Assembly (NCBI GenBank): GCA_023957115.1
Contig: JAMLHN010000008.1
Span: forward strand, 10,429-74,428
Reading direction: 5' to 3'
From: Thermomicrobiales bacterium
GTDB taxonomy: Bacteria > Chloroflexota > Chloroflexia > Thermomicrobiales > UBA6265
Length of the DNA stretch: 64,000 bases
Shown here: piece after piece, positions 39,275-49,064 of the stretch
How positions within the stretch are numbered: the stretch's first letter is position 1
How the letters are laid out: each line of letters starts with the position of its first letter
Program-made: the position numbers and the translations under genes
The notes under the pieces: model-generated
The model's input: the letters and a program-made list of their open reading frames with translations, nothing else
The model's database searches: none
What the model was told of the DNA's origin: nothing

Positions 39275-40981
39275 TTACTCCTCTCCCACCGGTGAAGCGG
39301 CGGGAAGGTCAACCTGCTCCATGGGTTCCGGTGACGCCGGCGCGACCGTGGGTGCGCCGGCGGGCGGCACGAATACGTCGGTCGATGGCGTTGGCGTTGG
39401 CTCGACCTCGGAGGAGATCGATGCCGACGCACGCTGATCGTCGAGCCAGCGTGTCGATTCGGCTTGGGCAGCCTGCGAAATCTGGTCGTCCGTCAGCGCG
39501 CGATCTTCCGCATGATCGATCACCTTGATCACGTGCCAGCCAAACTGCGTTTGGACCGGTTCACTGATTTCCCCGGGTGCGAGGGAGAAGGCAACATCCT
39601 CGAACGGTTCGACCATCACGCCACGTGTAAACCATCCAAGATCTCCACCATTTGGCGCGGTGCCGGTGTCGATCGAAGTCTCCTGGGCGAGCTGCTCAAA
39701 GGAGTCCGGGTCGGCAAGTGCATCCTGATAGAGCTTTTCGGCGAGCTCCTGGGTGCCGACCAGGATGTGCTCCGCATGGACCTGCTCGGCAGACTGGCCG
39801 ATCTGCTGCGTGAAATAGCCCGAAACAAGATCTCGCGCCAGCGCCGGCCGGGCCACGAGTCGGATGTAGTCGTCCATGTTCATATGGGTTAGCTCGAAAA
39901 CCTGGTTCGAGTAGTCGGCGAAGTTGGCGGTGGCTGTTTCGCGAACCTCGTCTTGACTCGGTGTTTGCGTCGGTTCTGACGTTGCTGCTGCTGGTGTCCC
40001 GCTCGTGGCCGGGCTCGACTCGGCCGCGGGGGTTGCTCCGTCATCGACGGCGGCCGGTGACGGGCTGGCATCGTCCGCAACCGGTGAGGCGTCGACATCG
40101 GTAGGTACCGGCGTTGCGGCGATGCCGGAGACGACCGGCGATGCGCTGGCGTCGGTCGCGTCCGGGGTCGCATCGTTCTCCGCGACCGGAACGGGAGAAC
40201 CGCCCTCATCCGCGACCGGCACCGGACTTGCCGCGCCATCCGGCGACGCAATGGCCTCGGGCGATGCTGCCTCGGCGGTCTGCATGGCCGCTTCGGCGAC
40301 CGCAGTCTCGGTCGCCCAGGCGGCGCGCTCTGGAATGAGGGTCGGAGTCGGAGTTGGTGTGAAGAGCGGCGTCTCTGGATTCGAAAAACGGTCGTCGATG
40401 AAGTCTTGAACATCCTGGTCGGTCATGGAAAGGCCAAGAGAGTCGAGACCGTCGATATACAGGTGATCCTCGACCATCGAGTTCAACGTGGTCGGGTCGA
40501 TGTCCTTCGATCCCCAGACGTCGTCGAGCTGGATCGACGCCTGTTGCGCCATCGCGAGATATTGCTGCTGTTGCTCACCCTGGAAGAAGCTGGCGTATTG
40601 CTGATACTGGCTGATCTGATTGACGAGCACATTGGAGTGGTACTTCCAATAGTCCTCGCGGGTAATCTTCTCGCCGTTGACCGTTGCCAGGACTTTACGT
40701 GGCGTGAGGTAGTAGTGGTTGACCGCCTGACCGACGAGCGCGAGGACGATAGCGACCGCTGAGACGGCAAGGACAGCGTAGAGGATTCTGGTTCGTTGGT
40801 CGTCCCGTTCGCGTCGTGAAACGCGCCGGGCAGGTACGTTCTTGGCGGCCGAGCGACTGCTGGCATTGCCCTTCGTCGAAGCGCCGGATTTCGCGGAGCT
40901 CGACGCCTTGCGTCCCCCTGAGCTCTGCCGGGCTTCGTTTTGCTTGGACGGATCTGGTTGATTCGACTCGGGCGTTGCCAT
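39275..40981 (-). CDS. membrane-anchored parvulin-type peptidyl-prolyl isomerase (PrsA/SurA-like) with long low-complexity insert
   Basis: A TM anchor (ILYAVLAVSAVAIVLALV) is followed by a SurA-N-like region. An Ala/Pro/Asp/Thr-rich tract of roughly 130 aa comes next. The PpiC domain is AEHILV..GGDLGWFTRGVMVEPFEDVAFSL..FGWHVIKV. Confidence 0.85.
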   Translation of the reverse strand: MATPESNQPDPSKQNEARQSSGGRKASSSAKSGASTKGNASSRSAAKNVPARRVSRRERDDQRTRILYAVLAVSAVAIVLALVGQAVNHYYLTPRKVLATVNGEKITREDYWKYHSNVLVNQISQYQQYASFFQGEQQQQYLAMAQQASIQLDDVWGSKDIDPTTLNSMVEDHLYIDGLDSLGLSMTDQDVQDFIDDRFSNPETPLFTPTPTPTLIPERAAWATETAVAEAAMQTAEAASPEAIASPDGAASPVPVADEGGSPVPVAENDATPDATDASASPVVSGIAATPVPTDVDASPVADDASPSPAAVDDGATPAAESSPATSGTPAAATSEPTQTPSQDEVRETATANFADYSNQVFELTHMNMDDYIRLVARPALARDLVSGYFTQQIGQSAEQVHAEHILVGTQELAEKLYQDALADPDSFEQLAQETSIDTGTAPNGGDLGWFTRGVMVEPFEDVAFSLAPGEISEPVQTQFGWHVIKVIDHAEDRALTDDQISQAAQAESTRWLDDQRASASISSEVEPTPTPSTDVFVPPAGAPTVAPASPEPMEQVDLPAASPVGEE

Positions 40982-41003
40982 GCGTGCTGCTCTCCGCGTG
41001 CCG

Positions 41004-41040
41004 AGAAAACGGCCGGCTCACGACGCTCATGAGCCGGCCG
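41004..41040 (-). terminator. intrinsic terminator after rpsR
   Basis: The minus strand reads GGCCGGCTCA-tgagcgtcg-TGAGCCGGCC (10-bp stem) followed by GTTTTCTC. It lies only about 25 nt upstream of the PPIase ATG. Confidence 0.6.
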
Positions 41041-41069
41041 CGCCACTCACTCGAGGAAATAAACGAAAA

Positions 41070-41453
41070 CTAGTACCGGCCGGTTCCGCCAACGAATGGC
41101 AGCAACGCGACGTGGCGCGCGCGCTTGATGGCAGTGGTCAACGAGCGCTGATGCTTGGCGCAGGTGCCGGTCTTGCGGCGTGGCTCGATCTTGCCTCGCT
41201 CGGAAATATGACGACGGAGGCGCGGAAGGTCTTTGTAATCGACCTCCTTGATATTGTCCATGCAGAAGGCGCACACCTTGCGGCGGGAGCCAAAACGGCC
41301 GCCGCCATAGCGTCGACCACCGCGTGGGCGCTCTCCGCCTCCGCCTTCGGAGCCACCATCCGGGCGTGGGCCGCGTGGGGCAAAGCGGCTTGGGCGCTCG
41401 CCACCTTCGGCTGCGGGCGCTGCGGTCGTAGTCTTTTCCTGCGTATCGGTCAC
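41070..41453 (-). CDS. rpsR: 30S ribosomal protein S18 with ~55-aa Arg/Gly-rich N-terminal extension
   Basis: The conserved core is [62 protein letters not shown]. Confidence 0.93.
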   Translation of the reverse strand: MTDTQEKTTTAAPAAEGGERPSRFAPRGPRPDGGSEGGGGERPRGGRRYGGGRFGSRRKVCAFCMDNIKEVDYKDLPRLRRHISERGKIEPRRKTGTCAKHQRSLTTAIKRARHVALLPFVGGTGRY

Positions 41454-41486
41454 TGAAGTCTCCTGAAGCTGTCGAACTGCTGTGTA

Positions 41487-42002
41487 CTAGAAAGGAATGT
41501 CGTCGATATCGCCGGTGCCGGGCAGGTCTCCGAGGTCGGACGACGCGCCGCCTCCTTGCTGGCCGCGGCTTTCGCCTGAGTAGCCGCCCTGCTGACCACC
41601 ACCGGAGCTTCCGCCACTGCCTGCGCCACCCTGGTATCCCCCACCTTCGCCTTCTTGCCGGTTTCCACCGACAAACGAGACTTCACTGGCGTTGATATCA
41701 AGCGACGTTCGGAGCTGGCCGTCGTTCCCGGTGTACTCGCGCGCCTCGAATCGGCCTGACACGAACACTTGCCGTCCTTTGACCAGCCACCCCTGCTGCG
41801 CCATCCGGTCCAATTGCTCGGCCAGCCGTTCCCATGCCGTGACACGGTACCAGGTCGTTCGGTCTTGCGGCTGTCCGCTTGCGTCGCGTCCGCCGCGGGA
41901 GTTGACCGCCACGCTGAACTGGACATTCATATTGCCATTCGGCGTATATCGGGTTTCAGGATCGCGACCTAGATTGCCTACGATAGTGATGTTTGCTGGC
42001 AT
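41487..42002 (-). CDS. ssb: single-stranded DNA-binding protein
   Basis: It has an OB fold (NITIVGNLGRDPETRYTPNG..WYRVTAWERLAE), a Gly-rich linker and the acidic tip DIDDIPF. Confidence 0.95.
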   Translation of the reverse strand: MPANITIVGNLGRDPETRYTPNGNMNVQFSVAVNSRGGRDASGQPQDRTTWYRVTAWERLAEQLDRMAQQGWLVKGRQVFVSGRFEAREYTGNDGQLRTSLDINASEVSFVGGNRQEGEGGGYQGGAGSGGSSGGGQQGGYSGESRGQQGGGASSDLGDLPGTGDIDDIPF

Positions 42003-42004
42003 CG

Positions 42005-42571
42005 CTACTTCTCCTCGGTTACGGTCTCCTGGACTTCTTCGACAACGGTCTCTTCGACCTCGTCGGCGACTGCTTCGACGGCGCCATCGGCGTCGACGGC
42101 CGCAACCTCGACCTCTTCGACGACGGCGACTTCACCGGCTTCGCGGTCGGTCGCAACGGTGACCGTGTCCTCGGCTACGACGGTCTCGCCGGTTTCGGGA
42201 TCGACGACCGCTTCGGTCTCTTCCTCTTCTTCGACAAAGATCGGCTCGCTGTCGAGCATGAGGAGCAGGTGTCGGATGACACGCTCGTTCAAGCGTAGCT
42301 CCCGCTCGAGGTCCTCGATCCGATTCGGCTCGATTTCGAAGTGAAAGAGCGTGTAGAACCCGTCTCGCAGATCGGCGCTGTTGTGGCGGATCGGATAGGC
42401 GAGCCGTCGCCGGCCCCATGGCGAGTCATTGCTGCTGCGAAGAATGCGCCCGTCGGCAGCCGTGATGTATCCCGCAATCGCATCCGTGGTTTCGATCAGC
42501 TCCTCAGGGGTGCCGTCCGGAACCGCGATCGTCATCATCTCATAAAAACGTGCGCTGGAATCAATGCGCAA
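42005..42571 (-). CDS. rpsF: 30S ribosomal protein S6 with ~85-aa acidic C-terminal tail
   Basis: The S6 core is RFYEMMTIAVPD..WGRRRLAYPI..GFYTLFHFE. I propose the TTG start at 42571 (AAGGGG upstream); the alternative is the ATG at MMTIA. The tail is Glu/Val/Thr-rich. Confidence 0.85.
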   Translation of the reverse strand: MRIDSSARFYEMMTIAVPDGTPEELIETTDAIAGYITAADGRILRSSNDSPWGRRRLAYPIRHNSADLRDGFYTLFHFEIEPNRIEDLERELRLNERVIRHLLLMLDSEPIFVEEEEETEAVVDPETGETVVAEDTVTVATDREAGEVAVVEEVEVAAVDADGAVEAVADEVEETVVEEVQETVTEEK

Positions 42572-42828
42572 GAGGAAGCCCCTTTCTCTGGAGCCGCCCC
42601 GCCCGAGGAACCCGCATCGCGCTGACGGGAATCGAACGAAGCAGAAAGGCAAATCCCTTCGGCCAATCCGAAGGACAGGACAGTATAGCGCGTGTCAGCG
42701 ATTCGATGAGAATGATCGAAAAGAGTCCAGTGTCCGATTCCCAGCCTCCGGTGCGGCTGCGCCCGAGACCTTGCACTGGACACTGGGCACTGGACCTATG
42801 GATCAATACGCATTCTGGGGAAATCCCG

Positions 42829-43734
42829 TTAGCGGCTCGCTGATCTCGGATCGAGTGCATCCCGTAGCCCGTCGCCAATGAAGTTGATGCTGAGAACCGC
42901 CAGCGCGATCATGATGCCGGCGGGAATCCACAACCAGGGCATTTGCTGCAGAACCGCGGCTGATTGCGCAGTATTGATCAGGTTGCCCCAGCTCGGGGTG
43001 GGTGGTTGCACGCCGAGCCCGAGAAAAGAGAGACCGGCTTCGGTCAGAATCGCGGCGGCAACGCCGAAGGTGGCTGCGACCGTGACTGGAGCGACGGTAT
43101 TTGGTAGGAGGTGCGCGAAGATCACACGCGCCGGCGATGCCCCGATGGAACGCGCTGCTTCGACGAATTCTCGTTCCCGGAGTGTCAGAATCTGCCCGCG
43201 GACCAACCGGCAGATGCCCGGCCAGGTAAGCAGACCGATCACGATCATGACGTTGTAGATGCTCGGACCGACGATCGCAACGGCAGCAATGATGATGATC
43301 AGGCTTGGAAAGCACATGACGGCGTCGGTAAAACGTTGGATGGAGGAGTCAACCCAGCCGCCAAAGTAGCCGGAAAGACTGCCCAGAACTGTGCCGATCA
43401 ACACATAGATGGTTACGGACACCAGACCGACGGAGAGCGAGACCCTGGTGCCGAAGATGACGCGACTCAGGACATCGCGTCCGATGTCGTCAGTGCCCAG
43501 CAGATGCTGGCGACTCGGCCCCTGAGACGTTGCGAAGAGATCGATTTCGTTGGGGTCGTAGGGAGCAATCACGGGCGCCAGAAGGGCAATCAACGCCAAC
43601 ATACCGATGACGCATGCGCCGATCAAGGCCAGTCGATGGCGGGCGAAGGTGCGCAGGCGCGGGTAGCCGCGCCCGGCGTAGGTCCGTCGTGTCCAGACTT
43701 CAGGAGGAGTCTCGCGCAGGACTTGATCGCTCAT
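42829..43734 (-). CDS. peptide/nickel ABC transporter permease (DppC/OppC type)
   Basis: It has six TM segments and the BPD_transp_1 loop REREFVEAARSIGASPARVIFAHLLPN. Confidence 0.88.
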   Translation of the reverse strand: MSDQVLRETPPEVWTRRTYAGRGYPRLRTFARHRLALIGACVIGMLALIALLAPVIAPYDPNEIDLFATSQGPSRQHLLGTDDIGRDVLSRVIFGTRVSLSVGLVSVTIYVLIGTVLGSLSGYFGGWVDSSIQRFTDAVMCFPSLIIIIAAVAIVGPSIYNVMIVIGLLTWPGICRLVRGQILTLREREFVEAARSIGASPARVIFAHLLPNTVAPVTVAATFGVAAAILTEAGLSFLGLGVQPPTPSWGNLINTAQSAAVLQQMPWLWIPAGIMIALAVLSINFIGDGLRDALDPRSASR

Positions 43735-44693
43735 CGGTATCGAATTCTGGGATCTGCCACCGCATAGCAGAGGTCGGCGATCAGATTACTGATCAGCACC
43801 ATGCATGCCGTGACGAGAATGACGCCTAGGACAAGAGGGTAGTCTCGCGCGTTTACGGCGCGCATCGCCAAGAGCCCCATACCGGGCCACTGGAAGATCG
43901 TTTCCGTGATGACGGCTCCACTCAGGAGCTCCGGAAGACTGAGCCCGATGATGGTGATGAGCGGTATGAGGGCATTGCGAAATGCGTGCCAGATTACAAC
44001 AGCTCGCTCACGAAGCCCTTTGGCACGGGCTGTTGTCACATAGTCCTGGCGAAACGACTCGATCATCGACGCGCGGGTGTATCGCATCACGAGTGGGATA
44101 TGAACGAGCGCCAGGACCGACACCGGCATGATCATGTGCTTGATCAGATCGGTCGTCGATGCTGGAATGCCGAGCGTGCGCATACCCGAGGTTGGAAGCC
44201 ACTTGAGGTTCACGGCAAAGACATACATCGACGCCAGACCGAGAAAGAAGACTGGCGTCGAGATCGCCAGGAACCCAAAAATCGTCAGGAGATAATCGGT
44301 CCAGGAGTTGGGCCGCAATGCCGAATAGACTCCGAGCGGTATTCCAATCACGGTGCCGAGTGTGATGGCCGAAACCATCAGCAAGAGCGTCGGCCCGATG
44401 CGCGCGCCGATCTGCTCGGCGACCGGCTGCCCGCCAACCAGTGAATAGCCGAGATTGCCGCTCAACAGCTCCTTCAGCCAGATGCCATAGCGATAGATCA
44501 TTGGCCTGTCGAGTCCGAGCGCCTTTTTCCGCTCCTCGACCCACTCCGGCCCCAGCTCTCCGCGGGTGGCGGGGTTGATCATCGCCGTGACCGGATCTCC
44601 CGGGGCCAGATTGACCAGGGCAAATGCGATGAGCGTGACGAAAAGGAGCACTGGAACCGATATAACGAGACGACGAAGAAAGTACCGACCCAT
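43731..44693 (-). CDS. peptide/nickel ABC transporter permease (DppB/OppB type)
   Basis: The N-terminus is MGRYFLRRLVISVPVLLFVTLIAF, and the loop is QDYVTTARAKGLRERAVVIWHAFRNALIP. It overlaps the next permease by 4 nt. Confidence 0.88.
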   Translation of the reverse strand: MGRYFLRRLVISVPVLLFVTLIAFALVNLAPGDPVTAMINPATRGELGPEWVEERKKALGLDRPMIYRYGIWLKELLSGNLGYSLVGGQPVAEQIGARIGPTLLLMVSAITLGTVIGIPLGVYSALRPNSWTDYLLTIFGFLAISTPVFFLGLASMYVFAVNLKWLPTSGMRTLGIPASTTDLIKHMIMPVSVLALVHIPLVMRYTRASMIESFRQDYVTTARAKGLRERAVVIWHAFRNALIPLITIIGLSLPELLSGAVITETIFQWPGMGLLAMRAVNARDYPLVLGVILVTACMVLISNLIADLCYAVADPRIRYR

Positions 44694-44771
44694 GGTTGAC
44701 CCGAGCGTAGCGTCTGGACGAGCGAAATCAACGCGCTGCCGCCCGAATGGCGGCAGCGCGTTGCAGGAAAA

Positions 44772-46432
44772 CTATTCGGCGAAGCTCCAGTCCTGGATGT
44801 TCCACCAGATGTACTGGTTCGGTCCGGGCAGCAATCCCTGCAGCTTGCTATTGACCCCGAAGATCTGATTGTCCGACCACCAGAAGAGGTTGGCACGTCT
44901 TCGTTGAGAATCAGCGCGACCTGGTGGTAGATCTCCCGCCGCGTGTCGATGTCCGACGTGGCGCGACCATCGAGGAAGAGCTGATCCAGCTCCTCATTCG
45001 AATAGTGAGTCGTGTTCCCGCCGTTCGGCGTCCAGTTGACCGTCATGTAGTAGTTCGACGAAACATCCGGATCGAGCCGATACGAACCGCCGCCGAACCA
45101 GGCCATATCGAAATCGGGATCGTTCACGACCTTGTCGACATACGCCGCCGATTCGAAGGGCGCGAGCTCGATCTTGATGCCGATATCGGCCATCTGCTGT
45201 TGGAAGACGGGCGCCGCCAGCTCCACGGTCTGACTTCCCTTCGACCAGGTAAGCTCGATCGATTGCTCGCTGTCCCAAGCCATTTCCTCCAGAAGAGCCC
45301 TGGCTTTCTCCGGATCGAAGTCGTAGGTGTTCAGATCGTCGAATACGGCCCATTCTGGCCCGATGACGGTGCTGAATACGAGCTCTCCCTGGCCGAGCAG
45401 CACGGCTTCCAGCAGAGCATTCCGATCGGTGCCGTACATCATCGCCTGCCGCAGGCGCTTGTCCGGGAATCGCTCGTTGTTGACCGCGGTCTGGAAGACG
45501 CCGACCCCCTGGGTACTGATGACGGTGACAGTCTCGTTCCCTTCGAGCCGGGCTGCCTCCTTTGGAGCCATACGGCTCAACAAGTGAATCTCACCACTTT
45601 CGAGCTGGGCAAGCTGGGTGGCCGGCTCTGCCAGACGCAAGAAGACCTGCTCGATCTTTGGCGCTCCCAGGTGGTAGTTCGGGTTCGCGGTGAACGAGAC
45701 GTACTGGTCGGGAACGTACTCGACGAACTGATATGCACCCGAACCGACGGTCGGCGCAAGGCTCTCCGGCGCCTGATCGATGTTGGCGAGGTCGACCCCG
45801 CTGAAGATGTGTTCGGGAAGTACCCAGATGAGGGTGCTCGAGCCGGCGGTGCCCGTTAGGAATGCCACGTTCGGTTGTTCGAGGGTGATGCGCAGTGTGG
45901 TGTCGTCGACACGCTCCAGGCCCTCGATCTCGTCCGCCTCGCCGTCGTAAAACGCGGTCGCGCCTTTGATCTGCCTGAGCTTGCCGGCCTGCGACGCAGC
46001 CGTTTCCGGGATCAGGGCTGTCTTGTAGGTGAAGATGATATCGTCGATCGTCAGCGGTTCGCCGTCGGTCCAGGTGACCCCTTCCCGAATCTGGAAGGTA
46101 TAGACCGTTGCGTCCTCGTTGACTTCCCACGACTCCGCCAGATCCGGCTCGAATGAGAGATCGTCGCGGACCTTGAGCAGGCGGCTATAGATCAAATCCA
46201 TGACCTGTGTCTGCCCGCCGGTGGAGATATGGTAGGGGGCGAAGATGGCGGCGAACTCCGATTCGCGACCGAGCTGGAGGGCGGTCCCGCTGTCTTGCGC
46301 GGCGACCGAGTCGATCGACGGGCTTGCCGCCAGTCCGCCTGCCAGCGCCATTCCGGCGGCCGCGCCGGTGGACGTCTTGATGAGGTCGCGCCGGGAGACG
46401 TTGAATCGATCAAGAGATGTGGGTTTCGACAT
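44772..46432 (-). pseudogene. ABC transporter substrate-binding protein (family 5, peptide/nickel), one frameshift near the 3' end
   Basis: It has a Tat signal (SRRDLIKTSTGAAAGMALAGG) and an SBP_bac_5 body. After ..ILNEDVPT the frame is lost at CCAACC/TCTTC (about 44884-44893). The shifted frame gives FWWSDNQIFGVNSKLQGLLPGPNQYIWWNIQDWSFAE and a stop at 44772. The unshifted track ORF runs nonsensically into the permease gene. Confidence 0.85.
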
Positions 46433-46492
46433 GTCGTTCTTTCTCCTCTGCATTGAGTGTCCTACTGACTGACATTCCGCCACTGCTGTCGA

Positions 46493-47542
46493 TCACGCTT
46501 CGACTTCGATACCTCCTTCGATCATCTCGACGCCAAGTGAACGTGCGAGCTCGTCGAGCTCGCTCCAGGTTGTGTCTGGTATCGGAATTCCACGGTCCAG
46601 GCGATGGTGCACCGTTCGTCGCTCGATCTCACCGGGCAAAAGAACCTCTTCGACACCGTCTGCCGGTCGAGACGAGCAAATCTGCATCGCCTGTGCGGCG
46701 ACTTCAGTCGCAAATTCCTCAGCCGTGGTAAAGCATGTCGGGTCGATGGCCAGAACGATCGGACCGTTTGCTCCGCGCGGGCCATCGAAGCCGGTCGTGT
46801 CCATCCCTGCCAGCGATCGGCCAAGCATTTGCGCGAGGATCGAAATTCCGTTGCCTTTATGACCGCCGAACGGAAGGATCGCGCCCCCGGCGAAAAAGTC
46901 GTTCGGGTCGGACGTTGGTTTTCCGTCTCGATCGACGAGCATGGTCGGATCGACCGGTCGTCCGTTGGCACGGGCTACGCGGAGCTTCCCTTCGGCAATG
47001 GCCGCAGTCGCGATGTCGAAGGTGAGGGGGTCGGATCGGCCGCCGATGGGCATCGACCAGGCGAACGGATTGGTCCCCAGCACGCGTTGCCGTCCGCCAA
47101 ACGGCGCGACACCGGGGCCGGCATTCGACATGGCAAGACCGATCATTCCGGCGCGGGCGACGGTTTCGACATACGGCGCTACGCGTCCCACGTGGTAGCA
47201 ACGCCGTACGACCGTGGCGCCAAGTCCATGTTCGCGGGCAAGCTCGACCGTCGTGTCGGTTGCCAGTTGCATGGCGGGCTGGCCCCAGCCCAACGCGCCG
47301 TCGACGATGGCGGTGGCGCGGTCTCGTCGAATGAGCGCCGCGCGCGCATCTGGGACGATGTCGCCATCCCTGAGCGATCCGCAGTAACCAGGAAGACGCA
47401 GCACCCCATGTGAGTCGTGCCCGGCGAGATTGGCGTCGACAAGCGAGTTCGCCACCACGAGAGCGATGTTGGGGGGCGTCCCGACAGCCTCGAAGATCGT
47501 GCGGCTGAAGGCGCGAAGCGTGCTGTGAATGACCGTGGGCAT
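46493..47542 (-). CDS. Ldh2-family (malate/L-lactate/sulfolactate-type) NAD(P)H-dependent dehydrogenase
   Basis: The product contains ANLAGHDSHGVLRLPGY..GTNPFAWSMP..FGGHKGNGISILAQMLG. The substrate cannot be assigned. Confidence 0.8.
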   Translation of the reverse strand: MPTVIHSTLRAFSRTIFEAVGTPPNIALVVANSLVDANLAGHDSHGVLRLPGYCGSLRDGDIVPDARAALIRRDRATAIVDGALGWGQPAMQLATDTTVELAREHGLGATVVRRCYHVGRVAPYVETVARAGMIGLAMSNAGPGVAPFGGRQRVLGTNPFAWSMPIGGRSDPLTFDIATAAIAEGKLRVARANGRPVDPTMLVDRDGKPTSDPNDFFAGGAILPFGGHKGNGISILAQMLGRSLAGMDTTGFDGPRGANGPIVLAIDPTCFTTAEEFATEVAAQAMQICSSRPADGVEEVLLPGEIERRTVHHRLDRGIPIPDTTWSELDELARSLGVEMIEGGIEVEA

Positions 47543-47832
47543 CGCGCGGAATCACTCTCTCGATATGCGAACGAACCGATCGGTGGCAAAGATCACGCGC
47601 CATCGCGCCGCGCTCTGCCTTGATTGTGCTGTGTAAGATGTCTTACCGCATCGTATCGAACAGACGAATCATTGTCAATCGAACTGTGATCCGCGCTTCA
47701 AGGCGACAACACAAGTGTTTCAATGCGGACAGGACGTCATCCTTCTATCGGATGGCGTCTCTCGACAGGGCATATCGGAGGCGGGATACTTGCGGTCAGG
47801 ACTAGCTGATTCAATGAATCGAGGAGATTCGG

Positions 47833-49026
47833 GTGCAAGAGAAACGACGGGATGTCGCCGATTTTCTGGCTGAGCGGGTGAAATCCGCCTCGCCATCGCC
47901 CACGGTTGCGGTATCGAACAAGGCCCGGGAGCTCAAGGCTCAGGGGATCGATGTGATCGACCTTGGCGGTGGCGATCCCGATTTCATTACGCCGGAGAAC
48001 ATCCGTCTGGCAGCGACCGAGGCGATGAACGCCGGGGACACGCACTATGTTGCCAGCAACGGGACGCCTGCGCTCAAGAAGGCGCTTGCCAAGAAGTTGC
48101 TCGATGACAATCAGCTCGAGTACGACCCCGCCGAGATTCTGGTCACCCCGGGTGGCAAGCAGGCGCTCTTTGCCTCGATGCTGGCGACGGTCGAGGAGGG
48201 CGTGGATGTCCTGCTGCTGGAGCCTGCCTGGGTGTCCTATGTCTCGATGGTCGAGATCGCCGGTGGCCGTGCGGTTCCGGTTTCGCTCGATCCGGACGAC
48301 AATTTCCGGGTGACGCCGGAGTTGTTGGAGGCGGCGGTGACGCCCGCGACGCGGGGCATGGTGGTCAACTCACCTTCGAACCCCACCGGGCGCGTGTTGA
48401 CGCTCGACGAGATCAATACGATCTGCGAATTCGCGATCGAGCATGACATCATCATCTACACCGACGAGATGTACGAAAAGATCATCTATGACGGACGAAA
48501 GCACTACAGCATCGCCACGTTCCCCGGAATGTGGGACCGGACGCTGACGTTTAACGGACTCTCGAAGGCATACGCCATGACCGGATGGCGGCTCGGCTAT
48601 GTTGCCGGACCGAAGCCGTTCATTGATGAGATCGCCAAAGTGCAGAGCCATTCCGTCACGCATGCGACCTCATTCGTTCAGGCTGCCGCGGTCCAGGCGC
48701 TTGCCGGGTCACAGGACTTCATCGCGGAGATGGTGACCGCCTGGGATCGCCGCCGTCACATGGTGACCAACGGTTTGAATAGGGTGAAGGGCATCAGATG
48801 CCCGTTGCCGGAAGGCGCGTTCTACGCGTTTCCGGACGCACGCGAGACCGGGCTCAGCTCGGTCGATCTGGGTGCGAAGCTGTTGCAGGATGCCCGAGTC
48901 GCGGTGACGCCTGGTATCGCGTTTGGACAGTCGGGAGAGGGACATTTCCGCATCTCATTTGCGACCGCGGATGACCTTTTGGAGGAATCGATCCAACGCA
49001 TTGGTGACGCGCTCGGCTGGCGCTGA
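47833..49026 (+). CDS. class I pyridoxal-phosphate-dependent aminotransferase (aspartate aminotransferase-like)
   Basis: The product contains ..DLGGGDPDF..NSPSNPTG..FNGLSKAYAMTGWRLGY (PLP lysine)..FRISFA. It uses a GTG start. Confidence 0.88.
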   Translation: MQEKRRDVADFLAERVKSASPSPTVAVSNKARELKAQGIDVIDLGGGDPDFITPENIRLAATEAMNAGDTHYVASNGTPALKKALAKKLLDDNQLEYDPAEILVTPGGKQALFASMLATVEEGVDVLLLEPAWVSYVSMVEIAGGRAVPVSLDPDDNFRVTPELLEAAVTPATRGMVVNSPSNPTGRVLTLDEINTICEFAIEHDIIIYTDEMYEKIIYDGRKHYSIATFPGMWDRTLTFNGLSKAYAMTGWRLGYVAGPKPFIDEIAKVQSHSVTHATSFVQAAAVQALAGSQDFIAEMVTAWDRRRHMVTNGLNRVKGIRCPLPEGAFYAFPDARETGLSSVDLGAKLLQDARVAVTPGIAFGQSGEGHFRISFATADDLLEESIQRIGDALGWR

Positions 49027-49064
49027 ACGGATCCAACGGGATTGGAAAGAGGAGAGATACAACT

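Noticed and set aside
47543-47832. A lower-G+C 290-bp divergent spacer with a 61-aa ORF (47620-47805) between the Ldh2-family gene and the aminotransferase gene.
   Set aside because: The ORF has no SD, and its odd basic composition (MIVLCKMSYRIVSNRRII..) sits in an A+T-rich stretch expected of a double promoter region. I saw no repeat, ncRNA-like structure or motif I could support.
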